Positions 9,732-22,659 of a DNA stretch of 64,000 nt are shown piece by piece (position 1 is the stretch's first letter; each line of letters begins with the position of its first letter). The notes beneath the pieces were generated by a model. It was not told the origin of the DNA, ran no database searches, and saw only the letters and a program-made list of their open reading frames with translations. The translations under genes were made by a program, and so were the position numbers. Origin of the DNA: the human T2T-CHM13v2.0 reference genome, Homo sapiens; the NCBI RefSeq assembly GCF_009914755.1, contig NC_060928.1; one strand, given 5' to 3'.

Positions 9732-12700
9732 CATTCTCAGAAACTTCTCTGTGATGTTTGCATTCCACTCATAGAGTTGAAAACTTCCTTTCATAGAGCA
9801 GGTTTGAAACACTCTTTTTGTAATATTTGGAAGTGGACATTTGCAGCGCTTTGAGGCCTATGGTGAAAAAGGAAATATCTTCTCATAAAAACCAGAAACA
9901 AGCATTCTCAGAAACTTCTTTTTGATGTGTGTACTCAAGTAACAGAGTTGAACCTTCCTTTTGACACAGCAGTTTTGAAACAATCTTTTTGTAGAATCTG
10001 CAAGTGGATATTTGGATAGCTTTGAGGATTTCGTTGGAAACGGGATATCTTCATATAAAATCTAGACAGAAGCATTCTCAGAAACTTCTTTGTGCTGTAT
10101 GTCCTCAATTAACAGAGTTGAACCATTGCTTGGATACAGCATTTTGGAAACATTCCTTGAGTAGAATCTGCAAGTTGATATTTAGATAGATTTGAAGATT
10201 TCGTTGGAAAAGGGAATATCTCCATATAAAATCTAGAGGGAAGCATTCTCAGAAACTGCTTTGTGATGTTTCCATTCAAGTCACAGAGTTGAATATTCCC
10301 TTTTATAGAGCACGTTTGAAACACTCTTTCTGCACTATCTGGAAGTGGACATTTCGAGCGCTTTGAGGCCTATGGTGAAAAAGCAAATATCTTCCCACAA
10401 AAACTAGACAGAAGCATTCTCAGAAACTTGTTTGTGATGTGTGTATTCAACTAACAGAGTTGAACTTTTGTTTTTACAGAGCCGTTTTAAAACACTCTTT
10501 TTGTGGAATCAGAAAGTGGATATTCGGATGGCTCTGAGGATTTCGTTGGAAGCGGGATTACATATAAAATCTAGAGAGAAGCATTCTCAGGAACTTCTTT
10601 GTGATGTTTGCATTGAAGTCACAGAATTGAACATTCACTTTGATAGAGCAGGTTTGAAACACTCATTCTGTAGTATCTGGAAGTGGACATTTCAAGCGCT
10701 TTCAGGCCTATGGTGAGAAAGGAAATATCTTCGAATAAAAACTAGACAGAAGCATCCTCAGAAACTTATTTGTGATGTGTGTCCTCAACTAACAGAGTTG
10801 AAACTTTGTTTTGATACAGCATTTTGGAAACACTCTTTTTGTAGAATCTGCAGGTGGATATTTGGATAGCTTAGAGGGATTCGTTGGAAAGGGGATATCT
10901 TCATATAAAATCTAGACAGAAGCATTCTCAGAAACTTATTTGTGATGTGTGTCCTCAACTAACAGAGTTGAACCTTGGTTTTGATACAGCATTTTGGAAA
11001 CACTCCTTTTGTAGAATCTGCAGGTGGATATGTGGATAGCTCTGAAGATTTCGTTGGAAACGGGAATTTCTTCATATAAAATCAAACAGATGCATTCTCA
11101 GAAACTTCTCAGTGATGTTTGCATTCAGCTCATGGAGTTGAACACTTCCTTTCATAGAGCCGGTTTGAAACACTCTTTCTGCACTACCTGGAAGAGGACA
11201 TTTCGAGCGCTTTGAGTCCTATGGTGAAAAAGGAAATATCTTCTCATAGAAACCAGAAAGAAGCATTCTCAGAAACTTCTTTGTGTTGTGTGTACTCATG
11301 TAACAGTGTTGAACCATCCTTTTGACAGAGCAGTTTTGAAACACTCTTTTTGTAGAATATGCAAGTGGATATTTGGATAGCTTTGAGGATTTCGTTGGAA
11401 ACGGGATGACATATAATATCTAGAGAGAAGCATTCTCAGGAACTTCTTTGTGATGTTTGCATTCAAGTCACAGAATTGAACATTCCCTTTCATAGAGCAG
11501 GTTTGAAACACTCTTTCTCTAGTATCTGGAAGTGGGCATTTCAAGCGCTTTCAGGCCTATGGAGAGAAAGGAAATACCTTCAAATAAAAACTAGACAGAA
11601 GCATTCTCAGAAACTTATTTGTGATGTGTGTCCTCAACTAACAGAGTTGAACCTTTGTTTTGATACAGCATTTTGGAAACACTCCTTTTGTAGAATCTGC
11701 AGGTGGATATTTGGATAGCTTTGAAGATTTCGTTGGAAACCGGAATATCTTCATATAAAATCAAGACAGAAGCATTCTCGGAAACATCTCTGTGATGTTT
11801 GCATTCAACTCAGTAGAGTTGAACACTTCCTTTCATAGAGCAGGTTTGAAACACTCTTTCTGCACAACCTGGAAGCGGACATTTCGAGCGCTTTGAGGCC
11901 TATGGTGAAAAAGGAAATATCTTCTCATAAAAACCAGAAAGAAGCATTCTCAGAAACTTCTTTGTGTTGTGTGTACTCAAGTAACAGTGTTGAACCTTCC
12001 TTTTGACACAGCAGTTTTGAAACACTCTTTTGGTAGAATCTGCAAGTGGATATTTGGATAGCTTTGAGGATTTCATTGGAAACGGGTTATCTTCATATAA
12101 AATCCAGACAGGAGCATTCTCAGAAACTTCTTTGTGCTGTATGTCCTCAATTCACAGAGCTGAACCTTTGTTTGGATACAGCATTTTGGAGACATTCCTT
12201 TAGTAGAATCTGCAAGTTGATATTTAGATAGCTTTGAAGATTTCGTTGGAAACGGGAATATCTTCATAGAAAATCTAGACGGAAGCATTCTCAGAAACTG
12301 CTTTGTGATGTTTGCATTCAAGTCACAGAGTTGAATATTCCCTTTTATAGAGTAGGTTTGAAACACTCTTTCGGCACTACCTGGAAGTGGATATTTCGAG
12401 CTCTTTGAGGCCTATGGTTAAAAGGAAATATCTTCCCATAAAAACTAGACAGAAGCCGTCTCAGAAACTTGTTTGTGATGTGTGTATTCAACTACCAGAG
12501 TTGAACATTTCTGTTACAGAGCAATTTTAAAACACTCTTTTTGTGGAATCTGAAAGTGGATAATTGGATAGCTTTGTGGATTTCGTTGGAAACGGGATGA
12601 CGTATAAAATCTAGAGAGAAGCATTCTCAGGAACTTCTTTCTGATGTTTGCATTCAAGTCACAGAATTGAACATTCCTTTTCATAGTGCAGGTTTGAAAC

Positions 12701-12963
12701 ACTCTTTCTGTAGTATCTGGAAGTGGACATTTCAAGCGCTTTCAGGCCTACGGGGAGAAAGGAAATATCTTCAAATAAAAACTAGACAGAAGGATTCTCA
12801 GAAACTTATTTGTGATGTGTGTCCTAAACGAACACAGTTGAACCTTTGTTTTGATACAGCATTTTGGAAACACTCCTTTTGTAGGATCTGCAGGTGGATA
12901 TTTGGATAGATTTTAAGATTTCGTTGGAAACGGGAGTTTCTTCATATAAACTCAAGACAGATG
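9732..12963 (+). repeat. HOR copy 4 (19-mer)
   Basis: 3232-bp periodicity. Confidence 0.93.
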
Positions 12964-15900
12964 CATTCTCAGAAACTTCTCTGTGATGTTTGCATTCCAC
13001 TCATAGAGTTGAAAACTTCCTTTCATAGAGCAGGTTTGAAACACTCTTTTTGTAATATTTGGAAATGGACATTTGCAGCGCTTTGAGGCCTATGGTGAAA
13101 AAGGAAATATCTTCTCATAAAAACCAGAAACAAGCATTCTCAGAAACTTCTTTTTGATGTGTGTACTCAAGTAACAGAGTTGAACCTTCCTTTTGACACA
13201 GCAGTTTTGAAACAATCTTTTTGTAGAATCTGCAAGTGGATACTTGGATAGCTTTGAGGATTTCGTTGGAAACGGGATATCTTCATATAAAATCTAGACA
13301 GAAGCATTCTCAGAAACTTCTTTGTGCTGTATGTCCTCAATTAACAGAGTTGAACCATTGCTTGGATACAGCATTTTGGAAACATTCCTTTAGTAGAATC
13401 TGCAAGTTGATATTTAGATAGATTTGTAGATTTCGTTGGAAACGGGAATATCTCCATAGAAAATCTAGACGGAAGCATTCTCAGAAACTGCTTTGTGATG
13501 TTTCCATTCAAGTCACAGAGTTGAATATTCCCTTTTATAGAGCACGTTTGAAACACTCTTTCTGCACTATCTGGAAGTGGACATTTCGAGCGCTTTGAGG
13601 CCTATGGTGAAAAAGGAATTATCTTCCCATAAAAACTAGACAGAAGCATTCTCAGAAACTTGTTTGTGATGTGTGTATTCAACTAACAGAGTTGAACTTT
13701 TGTTTTTACAGAGCCGTTTTAAAACACTCTTTTTGTGGAATCAGAAAGTGGATATTCGGATGGCTCTGAGGATTTCTTTGGAAGCGGGATTACGTATAAA
13801 ATCTAGAGAGAAGCATTCTCAGGAACTTCTTTGTGATGTTTGCATTGAAGTCACAGAATTGAACATTCACTTTGATAGAGCAGGTTTGAAACACTCATTC
13901 TGTAGTATCTGGAAGTGGACATTTCAAGCGCTTTCAGGCCTATGGTGAGAAAGGAAATATCTTCGAATAAAAACTAGACAGAAGCATCCTCAGAAACTTA
14001 TTTGTGATGTGTGTCCTCAACTAACAGAGTTGAAACTTTGTTTTGATACAGCATTTTGGAAACACTCTTTTTGTAGAATCTGCAGGTGGATATTTGGATA
14101 GCTTAGAGGGATTCGTTGGAAAGGGGATATCTTCATATAAAATCTAGACAGAAGCATTCTCAGAAACTTATTTGTGATGTGTGTCCTCAACTAACAGAGT
14201 TGAACCTTGGTTTTGATACAGCATTTTGGAAACACTCCTTTTGTAGAATCTGCAGGTGGATATGTGGATAGCTCTGAAGATTTCGTTGGAAACGGGAATT
14301 TCTTCATATAAAATCAAACAGAAGCATTCTCAGAAACTTCTCAGTGATGTTTGCATTCAGCTCATGGAGTTGAACACTTCCTTTCATAGAGCCGGTTTGA
14401 AACACTCTTTCTGCACTACCTGGAAGAGGACATTTCGAGCGCTTTGAGTCCTATGGTGAAAAAGGAAATATCTTCTCATAGAAACCAGAAAGAAGCATTC
14501 TCAGAAACTTCTTTGTGTTGTGTGTACTCATGTAACAGTGTTGAACCATCCTTTTGACAGAGCAGTTTTGAAACACTCTTTTTGTAGAATCTGCAAGTGG
14601 ATATTTGGATAGCTTTGAGGATTTCGTTGGAAACGGGATGACATATAATATCTAGAGAGAAGCATTCTCAGGAACTTCTTTGTGATGTTTGCATTCAAGT
14701 CACAGAATTGAACATTCCCTTTCATACAGCAGGTTTGAAACACTCTTTCTCTAGTATCTGGAAGTGGGCATTTCAAGCGCTTTCAGGCCTATGGAGAGAA
14801 AGGAAATACCTTCAAATAAAAACTAGACAGAAGCATTCTCAGAAACTTATTTGTGATGTGTGTCCTCAACTAACAGAGTTGAACCTTTGTTTTGATACAG
14901 CATTTTGGAAACACTCCTTTTGTAGAATCTGCAGGTGGATATTTGGATAGCTTTGAAGATTTCGTTGGAAACCGGAATATCTTCATATAAAATCAAGACA
15001 GAAGCATTCTCGGAAACATCTCTGTGATGTTTGCATTCAACTCAGTAGAGTTGAACACTTCCTTTCATAGAGCAGGTTTGAAACACTCTTTCAGCACTAC
15101 CTGGAAGCGGACATTTCGAGCGCTTTGAGGCCTATGGTGAAAAAGGAAATATCTTCTCATAAAAACCAGAAAGAAGCATTCTCAGAAACTTCTTTGTGTT
15201 GTGTGTACTCAAGTAACAGTGTTGAACCTTCCTTTTGACAGAGCAGTTTTGAAACACTCTTTTGGTAGAATCTGCAAGTGGATATTTGGATAGCTTTGAG
15301 GATTTCGTTGGAAACGGGTTATCTTCATATAAAATCCAGACAGGAGCATTCTCAGAAACTTCTTTGTGCTGTATGTCCTCAATTCACAGAGCTGAACCTT
15401 TGTTTGGATACAGCGTTTTGGAGACATTCCTTTAGTAGAATCTGCAAGTTGATATTTAGATAGCTTTGAAGATTTCGTTGGAAACGGGAATATCTTCATA
15501 GAAAATCTAGACGGAAGCATTCTCAGAAACTGCTTTGTGATGTTTGCATTCAAGTCACAGAGTTGAATATTCCCTTTTATAGAGTAGGTTTGAAACACTC
15601 TTTCGGCACTACCTGGAAGTGGATATTTCGAGCTCTTTGAGGCCTATGGTTAAAAGGAAATATCTTCCCATAAAAACTAGACAGAAGCCGTCTCAGAAAC
15701 TTGTTTGTGATGTGTGTATTCAACTACCAGAGTTGAACATTTCTGTTACAGAGCAATTTTAAAACACTCTTTTTGTGGAATCTGAAAGTGGATAATTGGA
15801 TAGCTTTGTGGATTTCGTTGGAAACGGGATGACGTATAAAATCTAGAGAGAAGCATTCTCAGGAACTTCTTTCTGATGTTTGCATTCAAGTCACAGAATT

Positions 15901-16195
15901 GAACATTCCTTTTCATAGTGCAGGTTTGAAACACTCTTTCTGTAGTATCTGGAAGTGGACATTTCAAGCACTTTCAGGCCTACGGGGAGAAAGGAAATAT
16001 CTTCAAATAAAAACTAGACAGAAGGATTCTCAGAAACTTATTTGTGATGTGTGTCCTAAACGAACACAGTTGAACCTTTGTTTTGATACAGCATTTTGGA
16101 AACACTCCTTTTGTAGGATCTGCAGGTGGATATTTGGATAGATTTTAAGATTTCGTTGGAAACGGGAATTTCTTCATAGAAACTCAAGACAGATG
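12964..16195 (+). repeat. HOR copy 5 (19-mer; M3 CENP-B box intact)
   Basis: 3232-bp periodicity. Confidence 0.93.
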
Positions 16196-19100
16196 CATTC
16201 TCAGAAACTTCTCTGTGATGTTTGCATTCCACTCATAGAGTTGAAAACTTCCTTTCATAGAGCAGGTTTGAAACACTCTTTTTGTAATATTTGGAAGTGG
16301 ACATTTGCAGCGCTTTGAGGCCTATGGTGAAAAAGGAAATATCTTCTCATAAAAACCAGAAACAAGCATTCTCAGAAACTTCTTTTTGATGTGTGTACTC
16401 AAGTAACAGAGTTGAACCTTCCTTTTGACACAGCAGTTTTGAAACAATCTTTTTGTAGAATCTGCAAGTGGATATTTGGATAGCTTTGAGGATTTCGTTG
16501 GAAACGGGATATCTTCATATAAAATCTAGACAGAAGCATTCTCAGAAACTTCTTTGTGCTGTATGTCCTCAATTAACAGAGTTGAACCATTGCTTGGATA
16601 CAGCATTTTGGAAACATTCCTTTAGTAGAATCTGCAAGTTGATATTTAGATAGATTTGTAGATTTCGTTGGAAACGGGAATATCTCCATAGAAAATCTAG
16701 ACGGAAGCATTCTCAGAAACTGCTTTGTGATGTTTCCATTCAAGTCACAGAGTTGAATATTCCCTTTTATAGAGCACGTTTGAAACACTCTTTCTCCACT
16801 ATCTGGAAGTGGACATTTCGAGCGCTTTGAGGCCTATGGTGAAAAAGGAATTATCTTCCCATAAAAACTAGACAGAAGCATTCTCAGAAACTTGTTTGTG
16901 ATGTGTGTATTCAACTAACAGAGTTGAACTTTTGTTTTTACAGAGCCGTTTTAAAACACTCTTTTTGTGGAATCAGAAAGTGGATATTCGGATGGCTCTG
17001 AGGATTTCGTTGGAAGCGGGATTACGTATAAAATCTAGAGAGAAGCATTCTCAGGAACTTCTTTGTGATGTTTGCATTGAAGTCACAGAATTGAACATTC
17101 ACTTTGATAGAGCAGGTTTGAAACACTCATTCTGTAGTATCTGGAAGTGGACATTTCAAGCGCTTTCAGGCCTATGGTGAGAAAGGAAATATCTTCGAAT
17201 AAAAACTAGACAGAAGCATCCTCAGAAACTTATTTGTGATGTGTGTCCTCAACTAACAGAGTTGAAACTTTGTTTTGATACAGCATTTTGGAAACACTCT
17301 TTTTGTAGAATCTGCAGGTGGATATTTGGATAGCTTAGAGGGATTCCTTGGAAAGGGGATATCTTCATATAAAATCTAGACAGAAGCATTCTCAGAAACT
17401 TATTTGTGATGTGTGTCCTCAACTAACAGAGTTGAACCTTGGTTTCGATACAGCATTTTGGAAACACTCCTTTTGTAGAATCTGCAGGTGGATATGTGGA
17501 TAGCTCTGAAGATTTCGTTGGAAATGGGAATTTCTTCATATAAAATCAAACAGAAGCATTCTCAGAAACTTCTCAGTGATGTTTGCATTCAGCTCATGGA
17601 GTTGAACACTTCCTTTCATAGAGCCGGTTTGAAACACTCTTTCTGCACTACCTGGAAGAGGACATTTCGAGCGCTTTGAGTCCTATGGTGAAAAAGGAAA
17701 TATCTTCTCATAAAAACCAGAAAGAAGCATTCTCAGAAACTTCTTTGTGTTGTGTGTACTCATGTAACAGTGTTGAACCATCCTTTTGACAGAGCAGTTT
17801 TGAAACACTCTTTTTGTAGAATATGCAAGTGGATATTTGGATAGCTTTGAGGATTTCGTTGGAAACGGGATGACATATAATATCTAGAGAGAAGCATTCT
17901 CAGGAACTTCTTTGTGATGTTTGCATTCAAGTCACAGAATTGAACATTCCCTTTCATAGAGCAGGTTTGAAACACTCTTTCTCTAGTATCTGGAAGTGGG
18001 CATTTCAAGCGCTTTCAGGCCTATGGAGAGAAAGGAAATACCTTCAAATAAGAACTAGACAGAAGCATTCTCAGAAACTTATTTGTGATGTGTGTCCTCA
18101 ACTAACAGAGTTGAACCTTTGTTTTGATACAGCATTTTGGAAACACTCCTTTTGTAGAATCTGCAGGTGGATATTTGGATAGCTTTGAAGATTTCGTTGG
18201 AAACCGGAATATCTTCATATAAAATCAAGACAGAAGCATTCTCGGAAACATCTCTGTGATGTTTGCATTCAACTCAGTAGAGTTGAACACTTCCTTTCAT
18301 AGAGCAGGTTTGAAACACTCTTTCTGCACTACCTGGAAGCGGACATTTCGAGCGCTTTGAGGCCTATGGTGAAAAAGGAAATATCTTCTCATAAAAACCA
18401 GAAAGAAGCATTCTCAGAAACTTCTTTGTGTTGTGTGTACTCAAGTAACAGTGTTGAACCTTCCTTTTGACACAGCAGTTTTGAAACACTCTTTTGGTAG
18501 AATCTGCAAGTGGATATTTGGATAGCTTTGAGGATTTCGTTGGAAACGGGTTATCTTCATATAAAATGCAGACAGGAGCATTCTCAGAAACTTCTTTGTG
18601 CTGTATGTCCTCAATTCACAGAGCTGAACCTTTGTTTGGATACAGCGTTTTGGAGACATTCCTTTAGTAGAATCTGCAAGTTGATATTTAGATAGCTTTG
18701 AAGATTTCGTTGGAAACGGGAATATCTTCATAGAAAATCTAGACGGAAGCATTCTCAGAAACTGCTTTGTGATGTTTGCATTCAAGTCACAGAGTTGAAT
18801 ATTCCCTTTTATAGAGTAGGTTTGAAACACTCTTTCGGCACTACCTGGAAGTGGATATTTCGAGCTCTTTGAGGCCTATGGTTAAAAGGAAATATCTTCC
18901 CATAAAAACTAGACAGAAGCCGTCTCAGAAACTTGTTTGTGATGTGTGTATTCAACTAACAGAGTTGAACATTTCTGTTACAGAGCAATTTTAAAACACT
19001 CTTTTTGTGGAATCTGAAAGTGGATAATTGGATAGCTTTGTGGATTTCGTTGGAAACGGGATGACGTATAAAATCTAGAGAGAAGCATTCTCAGGAACTT

Positions 19101-19427
19101 CTTTCTGATGTTTGCATTCAAGTCACAGAATTGAACATTCCTTTTCATAGTGCAGGTTTGAAACACTCTTTCTGTAGTATCTGGAAGTGGACATTTCAAG
19201 CGCTTTCAGGCCTACGGGGAGAAAGGAAATATCTTCAAATAAAAACTAGACAGAAGGATTCTCAGAAACTTATTTGTGATGTGTGTCCTAAACGAACACA
19301 GTTGAACCTTTGTTTTGATACAGCATTTTGGAAACACTCCTTTTGTAGGATCTGCAGGTGGATATTTGGATAGATTTTAAGATTTCGTTGGAAACGGGAA
19401 TTTCTTCATAGAAACTCAAGACAGATG
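16196..19427 (+). repeat. HOR copy 6 (19-mer; M3 CENP-B box intact)
   Basis: 3232-bp periodicity. Confidence 0.93.
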
Positions 19428-22400
19428 CATTCTCAGAAACTTCTCGGTGATGTTTGCATTCCACTCATAGAGTTGAAAACTTCCTTTCATAGAGCAGGTT
19501 TGAAACACTCTTTTTGTAATATTTGGAAGTGGACATTTGCAGCGCTTTGAGGCCTATGGTGAAAAAGGAAATATCTTCTCATAAAAACCAGAAACAAGCA
19601 TTCTCAGAAACTTCTTTTTGATGGGTGTACTCAAGTAACAGAGTTGAACCTTCCTTTTGACACAGCAGTTTTGAAACAATCTTTTTGTAGAATCTGCAAG
19701 TGGATATTTGGATAGCTTTGAGGATTTCGTTGGAAACGGGATATCTTCATATAAAATCTAGACAGAAGCATTCTCAGAAACTTCTTTGTGCTGTATGTCC
19801 TCAATTAACAGAGTTGAACCATTGCTTGGATACAGCATTTTGGAAACATTCCTTGAGTAGAATCTGCAAGTTGATATTTAGATAGATTTGTAGATTTCGT
19901 TGGAAACGGGAATATCTCCATAGAAAATCTAGACGGAAGCATTCTCAGAAACTGCTTTGTGATGTTTCCATTCAAGTCACAGAGTTGAATATTCCCTTTT
20001 ATAGAGCACGTTTGAAACACTCTTTCTGCACTATCTGGAAGTGGACATTTCGAGCACTTTGAGGCCTATGGTGAAAAAGGAATTATCTTCCCATAAAAAC
20101 TAGACAGAAGCATTCTCAGAAACTTGTTTGTGATGTGTGTATTCAACTAACAGAGTTGAACTTTTGTTTTTACAGAGCCGTTTTAAAACACTCTTTTTGT
20201 GGAATCAGAAAGTGGATATTCGGATGGCTCTGAGGATTTCGTTGGAAGCGGGATTACGTATAAAATCTAGAGAGAAGCATTCTCAGGAACTTCTTTGTGA
20301 TGTTTGCATTGAAGTCACAGAATTGAACATTCACTTTGATAGAGCAGGTTTGAAACACTCATTCTGTAGTATCTGGAAGTGGACATTTCAAGCGCTTTCA
20401 GGCCTATGGTGAGAAAGGAAATATCTTCGAATAAAAACTAGACAGAAGCATCCTCAGAAACTTATTTGTGATGTGTGTCCTCAACTAACAGAGTTGAAAC
20501 TTTGTTTTGATACAGCATTTTGGAAACACTCTTTTTGTAGAATCTGCAGGTGGATATTTGGATAGCTTAGAGGGATTCGTTGGAAAGGGGATATCTTCAT
20601 ATAAAATCTAGACAGAAGCATTCTCAGAAACTTATGTGTGATGTGTGTCCTCAACTAACAGAGTTGAACCTTGGTTTCGATACAGCATTTTGGAAACACT
20701 CCTTTTGTAGAATCTGCAGGTGGATATGTGGATAGCTCTGAAGATTTCGTTGGAAACGGGAATTTCTTCATATAAAATCAAACAGAAGCATTCTCAGAAA
20801 CTTCTCAGTGATGTTTGCATTCATCTCATGGAGTTGAACACTTCCTTTCATAGAGCCGGTTTGAAACACTCTTTCTGCACTACCTGGAAGAGGACATTTC
20901 GAGCGCTTTGAGTCCTATGGTGAAAAAGGAAATATCTTCTCATAAAAACCAGAAAGAAGCATTCTCAGAAACTTCTTTGTGTTGTGTGTACTCATGTAAC
21001 AGTGTTGAACCATCCTTTTGACAGAGCAGTTTTGAAACACTCTTTTTGTAGAATATGCAAGTGGATATTTGGATAGCTTTGAGGATTTCGTTGGAAACGG
21101 GATGACATATAATATCTAGAGAGAAGCATTCTCAGGAACTTCTTTGTGATGTTTGCATTCAAGTCACAGAATTGAACATTCCCTTTCATAGAGCAGGTTT
21201 GAAACACTCTTTCTCTAGTATCTGGAAGTGGGCATTTCAAGCGCTTTCAGGCCTATGGAGAGAAAGGAAATACCTTCAAATAAGAACTAGACAGAAGCAT
21301 TCTCAGAAACTTATTTGTGATGTGTGTCCTCAACTAACAGAGTTGAACCTTTGTTTTGATACAGCATTTTGGAAACACTCCTTTTGTAGAATCTGCAGGT
21401 GGATATTTGGATAGCTTTGAAGATTTCGTTGGAAACCGGAATATCTTCATATAAAATCAAGACAGAAGCATTCTCGGAAACATCTCTGTGATGTTTGCAT
21501 TCAACTCAGTAGAGTTGAACACTTCCTTTCATAGAGCAGGTTTGAAACACTCTTTCTGCACTACCTGGAAGCGGACATTTCGAGCGCTTTGAGGCCTATG
21601 GTGAAAAAGGAAATATCTTCTCATAAAAACCAGAAAGAAGCATTCTCAGAAACTTCTTTGTGTTGTGTGTACTCAAGTAACAGTGTTGAACCTTCCTTTT
21701 GACACAGCAGTTTTGAAACACTCTTTTGGTAGAATCTGCAAGTGGATATTTGGATAGCTTTGAGGATTTCGTTGGAAACGGGTTATCTTCATATAAAATG
21801 CAGACAGGAGCATTCTCAGAAACTTCTTTGTGCTGTATGTCCTCAATTCACAGAGCTGAACCTTTGTTTGGATACAGCGTTTTGGAGACATTCCTTTAGT
21901 AGAATCTGCAAGTTGATATTTAGATAGCTTTGAAGATTTCGTTGGAAACGGGAATATCTTCATAGAAAATCTAGACGGAAGCATTCTCAGAAACTGCTTT
22001 GTGATGTTTGCATTCAAGTCACAGAGTTGAATATTCCCTTTTATAGAGTAGGTTTGAAACACTCTTTCGGCACTACCTGGAAGTGGATATTTCGAGCTCT
22101 TTGAGGCCTATGGTTAAAAGGAAATATCTTCCCATAAAAACTAGACAGAAGCCGTCTCAGAAACTTGTTTGTGATGTGTGTATTCAACTAACAGAGTTGA
22201 ACATTTCTGTTACAGAGCAATTTTAAAACACTCTTTTTGTGGAATCTGAAAGTGGATAATTGGATAGCTTTGTGGATTTCGTTGGAAACGGGATGACGTA
22301 TAAAATCTAGAGAGAAGCATTCTCAGGAACTTCTTTCTGATGTTTGCATTCAAGTCACAGAATTGAACATTCCTTTTCATAGTGCAGGTTTGAAACACTC

Positions 22401-22659
22401 TTTCTGTAGTATCTGGAAGTGGACATTTCAAGCGCTTTCAGGCCTACGGGGAGAAAGGAAATATCTTCAAATAAAAACTAGACAGAAGGATTCTCAGAAA
22501 CTTATTTGTGATGTGTGTCCTAAACGAACACAGTTGAACCTTTGTTTTGATACAGCATTTTGGAAACACTCCTTTTGTAGGATCTGCAGGTGGATATTTG
22601 GATAGATTTTAAGATTTCGTTGGAAACGGGAATTTCTTCATAGAAACTCAAGACAGATG
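19428..22659 (+). repeat. HOR copy 7 (19-mer; M3 CENP-B box intact)
   Basis: 3232-bp periodicity. Confidence 0.93.
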